A DNA stretch of 64,000 nucleotides, taken from the NCBI GenBank assembly GCA_964247055.1, contig OZ176056.1:558001-622000 (forward strand). The letters are read 5' to 3'. Below are positions 1-11,883 of this stretch, one piece after another. The position numbers and the translations under genes are program-made. Position 1 is the first letter of the stretch; every line of letters starts with the position of its first letter. The stretch comes from Paragordius varius (Eukaryota; Animalia; Nematomorpha). The notes beneath the pieces are model-generated. The model did no database searches and was not told where the DNA came from. It saw nothing but the letters and a program-made list of their open reading frames with translations.

Positions 1-49
1 ATTAATGTATAAAACTAGTCGCATCAATACTCAAGTTAAACTTTGTCCT

Positions 50-162
50 TAAAAATCGGATATTGGTCACCGGTTAACAAAACTATTTTTTATACATTCT
101 CTTAGTAGGACTACATCAAAATATGGAGATAGTTTGACAAACTCTTTCATATCCGATTTTTA
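50..162. repeat. Perfect 14-bp inverted repeat within each monomer (first-monomer example): TAAAAATCGGATAT at 50-63 and ATATCCGATTTTTA at 149-162
   Basis: The two 14-mers are exact reverse complements. They recur in nearly every monomer, and the left arm is altered in some subtypes. Confidence 0.95.
131..143. other. Short palindrome AGTTTG-A-CAAACT in each monomer (first-monomer example)
   Basis: AGTTTG and CAAACT are reverse complements separated by 1 nt. Imperfect pairing extends into the flanking ATATAGAGAT and CTTTCATAT. Confidence 0.9.
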
Positions 163-244
163 CAACGATACTTTAAAAATTAATGTGTTAAACTAGTCGC
201 ATCAATACTCAATTTAAACTTTGTCCTTAAAAATCGGATATTGG

Positions 245-254
245 TCACCGGTGA
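245..254. other. 10-bp perfect palindrome TCACCGGTGA at monomer positions 67-76 (second-monomer example), lost in many subtypes
   Basis: Self-complementary; contains ACCGGT (AgeI) and CACCGGTG (SgrAI). Replaced by TCACAGGTGA, TCGCCGGTAA, TCGCGGATAA, TCGCCGCTAA or TCACAGTTGA in other subtypes. Confidence 0.9.
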
Positions 255-891
255 ACAAAATTATTTTTTATACATTCTCTTAGTAAGACTACATCAAAAT
301 ATAGAGATAGTTTTACAAACTCTTTCATATCCGATTTTTACAACGATACTTTAAAAATTAATGTATTAAACTAGTCGCATCAATAGTCATGTTAAACTTT
401 GTCCTTAAAAATCGGATATTGGTCACCGGTGAACAAAATAATTTTTTATACATTCTCTTAGTAAGACTACATCAAAATATAGAGATAGTTTGACAAACTC
501 TTGATATCCGATTTTTACAACGATACTTTAAAAATTAATGTGTTAAACTAGTCGCATCAATACTCAATTTAAACTTTGTCCTTAAAAATCGGATATTGGT
601 CACCGGTGAACAAAATTATTTTTTATACATTCTCTTAGTAAGACCACATCAAAATATAGAGATAGTTTTACAAACTCTTTCATATCCGATTTTTACAACG
701 ATACTTTAAAAATTAATGTATTAAACTAGTCGCATCAATACTCAAGTTAAACTTTGTCCTTAAAAATCGGATATTGGTCACCGGTGAACAAAATAATTTT
801 TTATACATTCTCTTAGTAAGACTACATCAAAATATAGAGATAGTTTGACAAACTATTTCATATCCGATTTTTACAACGATACTTTTTTAAA

Positions 892-2332
892 ATTATGGTA
901 TTAAACCAGTCGCATCAATACTCAAGTTAAACTTTGTCCTTAAAAATCGGATATTGGTCACCGGTGAACAAAATTATTTTTTATACTCTTAGTAAGACTA
1001 CATCAAAATATAGAGATAGTTTGACAAACTCTTTCATATCCGATTTTTACAACGATACTTTAAAAATTATAATATTAAACCAGTCGCATCAATACTCAAG
1101 TTAAACTTTGTCCTTAAAAATCGGATATTGGTCACCGGTGAACAAAATTATTTTATATACATTCTCTTAGTAAGACTACATCAAAATATAGAGATAGTTT
1201 GACAAACTCTTTCATATCCGATTTTTACAACGATACTTTAAAAATTAATGTATAAAACTAGTCGCATCAATACTGCTATACATTGTCCTTAAAAATCGGA
1301 TATTGGTCACCGGTGAACAAAACTATTTTTTATACATTCTCTTAGTAAGACTACATCAAAATATAGAGATAGTTTGACAAACTCTTTCATATCCGATTTT
1401 TACAACGATACTTTAAAAATTAATGTATAAAACTAGTCGTATCAATAAATCGCATCAATACTCAAGTTAAACTTTGTCCTTAAAAATCGGATATTGGTCA
1501 CCGGTGAACAAAATTATTTTTTATACATTCTCTTATTAGGACTACATCAAAATATAGAGATAGTTTGACAAACTCTTTCATATCCGATTTTTACAACGAT
1601 ACTTTTTTAAAATTATGTTATTAAACCAGTCGCATCAATACTCAAGTTAAACTTTGTCCTTAAAAATCGGATATTGGTCACCGGTGAACAAAATTATTTT
1701 TTATACTCTTAGTAAGACTACATCAAAATATAGAGATAGTTTGACAAACTCTTTCATATCCGATTTTTACAACGATACTTTAAAAATTATAATATTAAAC
1801 CAGTCGCATCAATACTCAAGTTAAACTTTGTCCTTAAAAATCGGATATTGGTCACCGGTGAACAAAATTATTTTATATACATTCTCTTAGTAAGACTACA
1901 TCAAAATATAGAGATAGTTTGACAAACTCTTTCATATCCGATTTTTACAACGATACTTTAAAAATTAATGTATAAAACTAGTCGCATCAATACTCAAGCT
2001 ATACATTGTCCTTAAAAATCGGATATTGGTCACCGGTGAACAAAACTATTTTTTATACATTCTCTTAGTAAGACTACATCAAAATATAGAGATAGTTTGA
2101 CAAACTCTTTCATATCCGATTTTTACAACGATACTTTAAAAATTAATGTATAAAACTAGTCGTATCAATAAATCGCATCAATACTCAAGTTAAACTTTGT
2201 CCTTAAAAATCGGATATTGGTCACCGGTGAACAAAATTATTTTTTATACATTCTCTTATTAGGACTACATCAAAATATAGAGATAGTTTGACAAACTCTT
2301 TCATATCCGATTTTTACAACGATACTTTAAAA
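892..2332 (+). repeat. 4-monomer higher-order repeat, 2 copies, period 720-723 bp
   Basis: The diagnostic 4-bp deletion TTTTTTATACTCTT recurs exactly 720 bp apart (lines 961 and 1681). The 13-bp insertion TCGTATCAATAAA occurs at 1437 and 2160. Monomer lengths 174+178+175+193 sum to 720. Confidence 0.92.
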
Positions 2333-3212
2333 ATTAATGTATAAAACTAGTCGCATCAATACTCAAGTTAAACTTAGTCCTTAAAAATCGGATATTGGTC
2401 ACCGGTGAACAAAATTATTTTTTATAGATTCTCTTAGTAGGACTACATCAAAATATAGAGATAGTTTGACAAACTCGTTGATATCCGATTTTTACAGGGA
2501 TACTTTAAAAATTAATGTATAATTTAGCATACGACAGAAAGCAATTTAAACGTTGTCCTTAAAAATCTGATATTGGTCACCGGTGAACAAAATTAATTTT
2601 TATACATTCTCTTAGTAAGACTACATCAAAATATAGAGATAGTTTGACAAACTCTTTGATATATGATTTTTACAACGATACTTTAAAAATTAATGTATAA
2701 AACTAGTCGCATCAATACTCAAGTTAAACTTTGTCGTTAAAAATCGGATATTGGTCACCGGTGAACAAAATTATTTTTTATACATTCTCTTAGTAGGACT
2801 ACATCAAAATATAGAGATAGTTTGACAAACTCTTTCATATCCGATTTTTACAACGATACTTTAAAAATTAATGTATAAAACTAGTCGCATCAATAGTCAA
2901 GTTATACTTTGTCCTTAAAAATCGGATATTGGTCACCGGTGTTTTTTATACATTCTCTTAGTAAGACTACATCAAAATATAGAGATAGTTTGAAAAACTC
3001 TTTCATATCCGATTTTTACAACGATACTTTAAAAATTAATGTGTAAAACTAGTCGCATCAATACTCAAGTTAAACTTTGTCCTTAAAAATCAGATATTGG
3101 TCACCGGTGAACAAAATTATTTTTTAGACATTTTCTTAGTAGGACTACATCAAAATATAGAGATAGTTTGACAAACTATTTCATATCCGATTTTTACAAC
3201 GATACTTTAAAA

Positions 3213-6200
3213 ATTAATGTATAAAACTAGTCGCATCCATAGTCAATTTAAACTTTGTCCTTAAGAATCGGATATTGGTCGCGGATAAAGAAAATTATTT
3301 TTTATACATTCTCTTAGTAGGACTACATCAAAATATAGGGATAGTTTGACAAACTCTTTCATATCCGATTTTTACAACGAACTTTAAAAATTAATGTATA
3401 AAACTAGTCGCATCATTAGTCAAGTCTTTGTCCTTAAAAATCGGATATTGGTCGCCGGTAAAGAAAATTATTTTTTTACATTCTCTTAGTAGGACTACAT
3501 CAAAATATAGAGATAGTTTGACAAACTCTTTCATATCCGATTTTTACAACGATACTTTAAAAATTAATGTATAAAACTAGTCGCATCAATACTCAAGTTA
3601 AACTTTGTCTTTAAAAATCGGATATTGGTCACAGGTGAACAAAATTATTTTTTATACATTATCTTAGTAGGACTACATCAAAATATAGAGATAGTTTGAC
3701 AAACTCTTTCATATCCGATTTTTACAGCGATACTTTAAAAATTAATGTATAAAACTAGTCGCATCAATACTCAAGTTAAACTTTGACTTAAAAATCGGAT
3801 ATTGGTCACCGGTGAACAAATTTATTTTTTATACATTTTCTTAGTAGGACTACATCAAAATATAGAGATATTTTGACAAATTCTTTCATATCCGATTTTT
3901 AAAACGATACTTTAAAAATTAATGTATTAAACTAGTCGCATCAATACTCAATTTAAACTTTGTCCTTAAAAATCGGATATTGGTCGCCGGTAAAGAAAAT
4001 TATTTAATATACATTCTCTTAGTAGGACTACATCAATATATAGAGATAGTTTGACAAACTCTTTCATATCCGATTTTTACAGCGATACTTTAAAAATTAA
4101 TGTATAAAACTAGTCGCATCAATACTCAAGTTAAACTTTGTCCTTAAAAATCGGATATTGGTCACAGGTAAACCAAACTATTTTTTATACATTATCTTAG
4201 TAGGACTACATCAAAATATAGAGATAGTTTGACAAACTCTTTCATATCCGATTTTTACAACGATACTTTAAAAATTAATTTATAAAACTAGTCGCATCAT
4301 TAGTCAAGTCTTTGTCCTTAAAAATCGGATATTGGTCGCCGGTAAAGAAAATTATTTTTTATACATTCTCTTAGTAGGACTACATCAAAATATAGAGATA
4401 GTTTGACAAACTCTTTCATATCCGATTTTTACAACGATACTTTAAAAATTAATTTTTAAAACTAGTCGCATCAATACTCAAGTTAAACTTTGTCCTTAAA
4501 ATCGGATATTGGTCGCCGCTAAAGAAAATTATTTTTTGTACATTCTCTTAGTAGGACTACATAAAAATATAAAGATAGTTTGACAAACTCTTTCATATCC
4601 GATTTTTACAACGATACTTTAAAAATTAATGTATTAAACTAGTCGCATCATTAGTCAAGTCTTTGTCCTTAAAAATCGGATATTGGTCGCCGGTAAAGAA
4701 AATTATTTTCTATACATTCTCTTAGTAGGACTACATCAAAATATAGAGATAGTTTGACAAACTCTTTCATATCCGATTTTTACAACGATACTTAAAAAAT
4801 TAATGTATAAAACTAGCCGCATCATTATTCAAATTAAATTGTCCTTATAAATCTGATATTGGTCACCGGTGAACAAAATTAATTTTTATACATTCTCTTA
4901 ATAGGACTACATCATAATATAAAGATATTTTGACAAATTCTTTCATATCCGATTTTTACAACGATACTTTAAAAATTAATTTATAAAACTAGTCGCATCA
5001 ATACTCAAGTTAAACATTGTCCTTAAGAATCGGATATTGGTCGCGGATAAAGAAAATTATTTTTTATACATTCTCTTAGTAGGACTACATCAAAATATAG
5101 GGATAGTTTGACAAACTCTTTCATATCCGATTTTTACAACGATACTTTAAAAATTAATGTATAAAACTAGTCGCATCATTAGTCAAGTCTTTGTCCTTAA
5201 AAATCGGATATTGGTCGCCGGTAAAGAAAATTATTTTTTTACATTCTCTTAGTAGGACTACATCAAAATATAGAGATAGTTTGACAAACTCTTTCATATC
5301 CGATTTTTACAACGATACTTTAAAAATTAATGTATAAAACTAGTCGCATCAATACTCAAGTTAAACTTTGTCTTTAAAAATCGGATATTGGTCACAGGTG
5401 AACAAAATTATTTTTTATACATTATCTTAGTAGGACTACATCAAAATATAGAGATAGTTTGACAAACTCTTTCATATCCGATTTTTACAGCGATACTTTA
5501 AAAATTAATGTATAAAACTAGTCGCATCAATACTCAAGTTAAACTTTGACTTAAAAATCGGATATTGGTCACCGGTGAACAAAATTATTTTTTATACATT
5601 TTCTTAGTAGGACTACATCAAAATATAGAGATATTTTGACAAATTCTTTCATATCCGATTTTTAAAACGATACTTTAAAAATTAATGTATTAAACTAGTC
5701 GCATCAATACTCAATTTAAACTTTGTCCTTAAAAATCGGATATTGGTCGCCGGTAAAGAAAATTATTTAATATACATTCTCTTAGTAGGACTACATCAAT
5801 ATATAGAGATAGTTTGACAAACTCTTTCATATCCGATTTTTACAGCGATACTTTAAAAATTAATGTATAAAACTAGTCGCATCAATACTCAAGTTAAACT
5901 TTGTCCTTAAAAATCGGATATTGGTCACAGGTAAACAAAACTATTTTTTATACATTATCTTAGTAGGACTACATCAAAATATAGAGATAGTTTGACAAAC
6001 TCTTTCATATCGGATTTTTACAACGATACTTTAAAAATTAATTTATAAAACTAGTCGCATCATTAGTCAAGTCTTTGTCCTTAAAAATCGGATATTGGTC
6101 GCCGGTAAAGAAAATTATTTTTTATACATTCTCTTAGTAGGACTACATCAAAATATAGAGATAGTTTGACAAACTCTTTCATATCCGATTTTTACAACGA

Positions 6201-7621
6201 TACTTTAAAAATTAATTTATAAAACTAGTCGCATCAATACTCAAGTTAAACTTTGTCCTTAAAATCGGATATTGGTCGCCGCTAAAGAAAATTATTTTTT
6301 GTACATTCTCTTAGTAGGACTACATAAAAATATAAAGATAGTTTGACAAACTCTTTCATATCCGATTTTTACAACGATACTTTAAAAATTAATGTATTAA
6401 ACTAGTCGCATCATTAGTCAAGTCTTTGTCCTTAAAAATCGTATATTGGTCGCCGGTAAAGAAAATTATTTTCTATACATTCTCTTAGTAGGACTACATC
6501 AAAATATAGAGATAGTTTGACAAACTCTTTCATATCCGATTTTTACAACGATACTTAAAAAATTAATGTATAAAACTAGCCGCATCATTAGTCAAATTAA
6601 ATTGTCCTTATAAATCTGATATTGGTCACCGGTAAACAAAATTAATTTTTATACATTCTCTTAATAGGACTACATCATAATATAAAGATATTTTGACAAA
6701 TTCTTTCATATCCGATTTTTACAACGATACTTTAAAAATTAATTTATAAAACTAGTCGCATCAATACTCAAGTTAAACATTGTCCTTAAGAATCGGATAT
6801 TGGTCGCGGATAAAGAAAATTATTTTTTATACATTCTCTTAGTAGGACTACATCAAAATATAGGGATAGTTTGACAAACTCTTTCATATCCGATTTTTAC
6901 AACGATACTTTAAAAATTAATGTATAAAACTAGTCGCATCATTAGTCAAGTCTTTGTCCTTAAAAATCGGATATTGGTCGCCGGTAAAGAAAATTATTTT
7001 TTTACATTCTCTTAGTAGGACTACATCAAAATATAGAGATAGTTTGACAAACTCTTTCATATCCGATTTTTACAACGATACTTTAAAAATTAATGTATAA
7101 AACTAGTCGCATCAATACTCAAGTTAAACTTTGTCTTTAAAAATCGGATATTGGTCACAGGTGAACAAAATTATTTTTTATACATTATCTTAGTAGGACT
7201 ACATCAAAATATAGAGATAGTTTGACAAACTCTTTCATATCCGATTTTTACAGCGACACTTTAAAAATTAATGTATAAAACTAGTCGCATCAATACTCAA
7301 GTTAAACTTTGACTTAAAAATCGGATATTGGTCACCGGTGAACAAAATTATTTTTTATACATTTTCTTAGTAGGACTACATCAAAATATAGAGATATTTT
7401 GACAAATTCTTTCATATCCGATTTTTAAAACGATACTTTAAAAATTAATGTATTAAACTAGTCGCATCAATACTCAATTTAAACTTTGTCCTTAAAAATC
7501 GGATATTGGTCGCCGGTAAAGAAAATTATTTAATATACATTCTCTTAGTAGGACTACATCAATATATAGAGATAGTTTGACAAACTCTTTCATATCCGAT
7601 TTTTACAGCGATACTTTAAAA
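3213..7621 (+). repeat. 10-monomer HOR, period 1763 bp, ~2.5 copies (clade I)
   Basis: The marker CATCATTAGTCAAGTCTTTG following the AAGAATCGG/GCGGATAAAG monomer occurs at 3411, 5174 and 6937 (offsets 1763, 1763). The same order of ten subtypes repeats. Confidence 0.92.
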
Positions 7622-9053
7622 ATTAATGTATAAAACTAGTGGCATCAATACTCAAGTTAAACTTTGTCCTTAAAAATCGGATATTGGTCACCGGTGAACA
7701 AAATTATTTTTTATACATTCTCTTAGTAAGACTACATCAAAATATAGAGATAGTTTTACAAACTCTTTCATATCCGATTTTTACAACGATACTTTAAAAA
7801 TTAATGTATTAAACTAGTCGCATCAATAGTCATGTTAAACTTTGTCCTTAAAAATCGGATATTGGTCACCGGTGAACAAAATAATTTTTTATACATTCTC
7901 TTAGTAAGACTACATCAAAATATAGAGATAGTTTGACAAACTCTTTCATATCCGATTTTTACAACGATACTTTAAAAATTAATGTGTTAAACTAGTGGCA
8001 TCAATACTCAATTTAAACTTTGTCCTTAAAAATCGGATATTGGTCACCGGTGAACAAAATTATTTTTTATACATTCTCTTAGTAAGACCACATCAAAATA
8101 TAGAGATAGTTTTACAAACTCTTTCATATCCGATTTTTACAACGATACTTTAAAAATTAATGTATTAAACTAGTCGCATCAATACTCAAGTTAAACTTTG
8201 TCCTTAAAAATCGGATATTGGTCACCGGTGAACAAAATAATTTTTTATACATTCTCTTAGTAAGACTACATCAAAATATAGAGATAGTTTGACAAACTAT
8301 TTCATATCCGATTTTTACAACGATACTTTTTTAAAATTATGGTATTAAACCAGTCGCATCAATACTCAAGTTAAACTTTGTCCTTAAAAATCGGATATTG
8401 GTCACCGGTGAACAAAATTATTTTTTATACTCTTAGTAAGACTACATCAAAATATAGAGATAGTTTGACAAACTCTTTCATATCCGATTTTTACAACGAT
8501 ACTTTAAAAATTATAATATTAAACCAGTCGCATCAATACTCAAGTTAAACTTTGTCCTTAAAAATCGGATATTGGTCACCGGTGAACAAAATTATTTTAT
8601 ATACATTCTCTTAGTAAGACTACATCAAAATATAGAGATAGTTTGACAAACTCTTTCATATCCGATTTTTACAACGATACTTTAAAAATTAATGTATAAA
8701 ACTAGTCGCATCAATACTGCTATACATTGTCCTTAAAAATCGGATATTGGTCACCGGTGAACAAAACTATTTTTTATACATTCTCTTAGTAAGACTACAT
8801 CAAAATATAGAGATAGTTTGACAAACTCTTTCATATCCGATTTTTACAACGATACTTTAAAAATTAATGTATAAAACTAGTCGTATCAATAAATCGCATC
8901 AATACTCAAGTTAAACTTTGTCCTTAAAAATCGGATATTGGTCACCGGTGAACAAAATTATTTTTTATACATTCTCTTATTAGGACTACATCAAAATATA
9001 GAGATAGTTTGACAAACTCTTTCATATCCGATTTTTACAACGATACTTTAAAA
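7622..9053 (+). repeat. Dispersed copy of the 8-monomer block at ~179-1600 (offset 7443-7444 bp)
   Basis: Same ordered rare markers: CAATAGTCATGTT, TAAGACCAC, AACTATTTC, TTTTTTAAAATTATGGTATTAAACCAG, TATACTCTT, CAATACTGCTATACATTG and the 13-bp insertion at 8881. Confidence 0.92.
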
Positions 9054-11883
9054 ATTAATGTATAAAACTAGTCGCATCATTAGTCAAGTCTTTGTCCTTA
9101 AAAATCGGATATTGGTCGCCGGTAAAGAAAATTATTTTTTATACATTCTCTTAGTAGGACTACATCAAAATATAGAGATAGTTTGACAAACTCTTTCATA
9201 TCCGATTTTTACAACGATACTTTAAAAATTAATGTATAAAACTAGCCGCATCATTAGTCAAATTAAATTGTCCTTATAAATCTGATATTGGTCACCCGTG
9301 AACAAAATTATTTTTTATACATTCTCTTAGTAGGACTAGATCAAAATATAGAGATAGTTTGACAAACTCTTTCATATCCGATTTTTACAACGATACTTTA
9401 AAAATTAATGTATAAAACTAGCCGCATCATTAGTCAAATTAAATTGTCGTTATAAATCTGATATTGGTCACCGGTGAACAAAATTAATTTTTATACATTC
9501 TCTTAATAGGACTACATCATAATATAAAGATATTTTGACAAATTCTTTCATATCCGATTTTTACAGCGATACTTTAAAAATTAATGTATAAAACTAGTCG
9601 CATCAATACTCAAGTTAAACTTTGTCCTTAAAAATCGGATATTGGTCACAGGTGAACAAAATTATTTTTTATACATTCTCTTAGTAAGACTACATCAAAA
9701 TATAGAGATAGTTTGACAAACTCTTTCATATCCGATTTTTACAGCGATACTTTAAAAATTAATGTATAAAACTAGTCGCATCAATACTCAAGTTAAACTT
9801 TGTCCTTAAAAATCGGATATTGGTCACAGGTGAACAAAATTATTTTTTATACATTATCTTAGTAGGACTACATCAAAATATAGAGATAGTTTGACAAACT
9901 CTTTCATATCCGATTTTTACAACGATACTTTAAAAATTAATTTATAAAACTAGTCGCATCAATACTCAAGTTAAACTTTGTCCGTAAAAATCGGATATTG
10001 GTCACAGGTTAACAAAACTATTTTTTATACATTCTCTTAGTAAGACTACATCAAAATATAGAGATAGTTTGACAAACTCTTTCATATCCGATTTTTACAG
10101 CGATACTTTAAAAATTAATGTATAAAACTAATCGCATCAATACTCAAGCTAAACATTGTCCTTAAAAATCGGCTATTGGTCACAGGTGAACAAAATTATT
10201 TTTTATACATTATCTTAGTAGGACTACATCAAAATATAGAGATAGTTTGACAAACTCTTTCATATCCGATTTTTACAGCGATACTTTAAAAATTAATTTA
10301 TAAAACTAGTCGCAACAATACTCAAGTTAAACTTTGTCCTTAAAATCGGATATTGGTCGCCGCTAAAGAAAATTATTTTTTGTACATTCTCTTAGTAGGA
10401 CTACATCAAAATATAGAGATAGTTTGACAAACTCTTTCATATCCGATTTTTACAACGATACTTTAAAAATTAATGTAAAAAACTAGTCGCATCATTAGTC
10501 AAGTCTTTGTCCTTAAAAATCAGATATTGGTCGCCGGTAAAGAAAATTATTTTTTATACATTCTCTTAGTAAGACTACATCAAAATATAGAGATAGTTTG
10601 ACAAACTCTTTCATATCCGATTTTTACAGCGATACTTTAAAAATTAATGTATAAAACTAGTCGCATCAATACTCAAGTTAAACTTTGTCCTTAAAAATCG
10701 GATATTGGTCACAGGTGAACAAAATTATTTTTTATACATTATCTTAGTAGGACTACATCAAAATATAGAGATAGTTTGACAAACTCTTTCATATCCGATT
10801 TTTACAGCGATACTTTAAAAATTAATTTATAAAACTAGTCGCAACAATACTCAAGTTAAACTTTGTCCTTAAAAATCGGATATTGGTCACAGGTGAACAA
10901 AATTATTTTTTATACATTATCTTAGTAGGACTACATCAAAATATAGAGATAGTTTGACAAACTCTTTCATATCCGATTTTTACAACGATACTTTAAAAAT
11001 TAATGTATAAAACTAGCCGCATCATTAGTCTAATTAAATTGTCCTTATAAATCTGATATTGGTCACCGGAACAAAATTAATTTTTATACATTCTCTTAAT
11101 AGGACTACATCATAATATAAAGATATTTTGACAAATTCTTTCATATCCGATTTTTACAACGATACTTTAAAAAATAATGTATAAAAGTAGTCGCATCAAT
11201 ACTCAAGTTAAACTTTGTACTTAAAAATCGGATATTGGTCACCGGTTAACAAAACTATTTTTTATACATTATCATAGTAGGACTAGATTAAAATATAGAG
11301 ATAGTTTGACAAACTCTTTCATATCCGATTTTTACAGCGATACTTTAAAAATTAATGTATAAAACTAGTCGCATCAATACTCAAGTTAAACTTTGTCCTT
11401 AAAAATCGGATATTGGTCACAGGTGAACAAAATTATTTTTTATACATTCTCTTAGTAGTACTACATCAAAATGTAGAGATAGTTTGACAAACTCTTTCAT
11501 ATCCGATTTTTACAGCGATACTTTAATAAATAATGTATAAAAGTAGTCGCATCAATACTCAAGTTAAACTTTGTCCGTAAAAATCGGATATTGGTCACCG
11601 GTTAACAAAACTATTTTTTATACATTCTCTTAGTAAGACTACATCAAAATATAGAGATAGTTTGACAAACTCTTTCATATCCGATTTTTACAGCGATACT
11701 TTAAAAATTAATTTATAAAACTAGTCGCAACAATACTCAAGTTAAACTTTGTCCTTAAAATCGGATATTGGTCGCCGCTAAAGAAAATTATTTTTTGTAC
11801 ATTCTCTTATTAGGACTACATCAAAATATAGAGATAGTTTGACAAACTCTTTCATATCCGATTTTTACAACGATACGTTAAAA

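Noticed and set aside
151-171. CENP-B-box-like motif on the minus strand (GTATCGTTGTAAAAATCGGAT)
   Set aside because: It resembles TTCGTTGGAAACGGGA only superficially. The two CpGs are 10 nt apart instead of 7, and the essential TTCG and CGGG are not both present.
1-178. Identity with Arabidopsis CEN178 or human alpha satellite
   Set aside because: Only the length is similar. The sequence and GC content do not match those consensus sequences as I recall them. A BLASTN search is needed for any family assignment.
1531-1541. Telomere-like TTAGG or TTAGTAGG words
   Set aside because: They occur at most once per monomer, TTAGG only in rare variants, and never as tandem telomeric runs.
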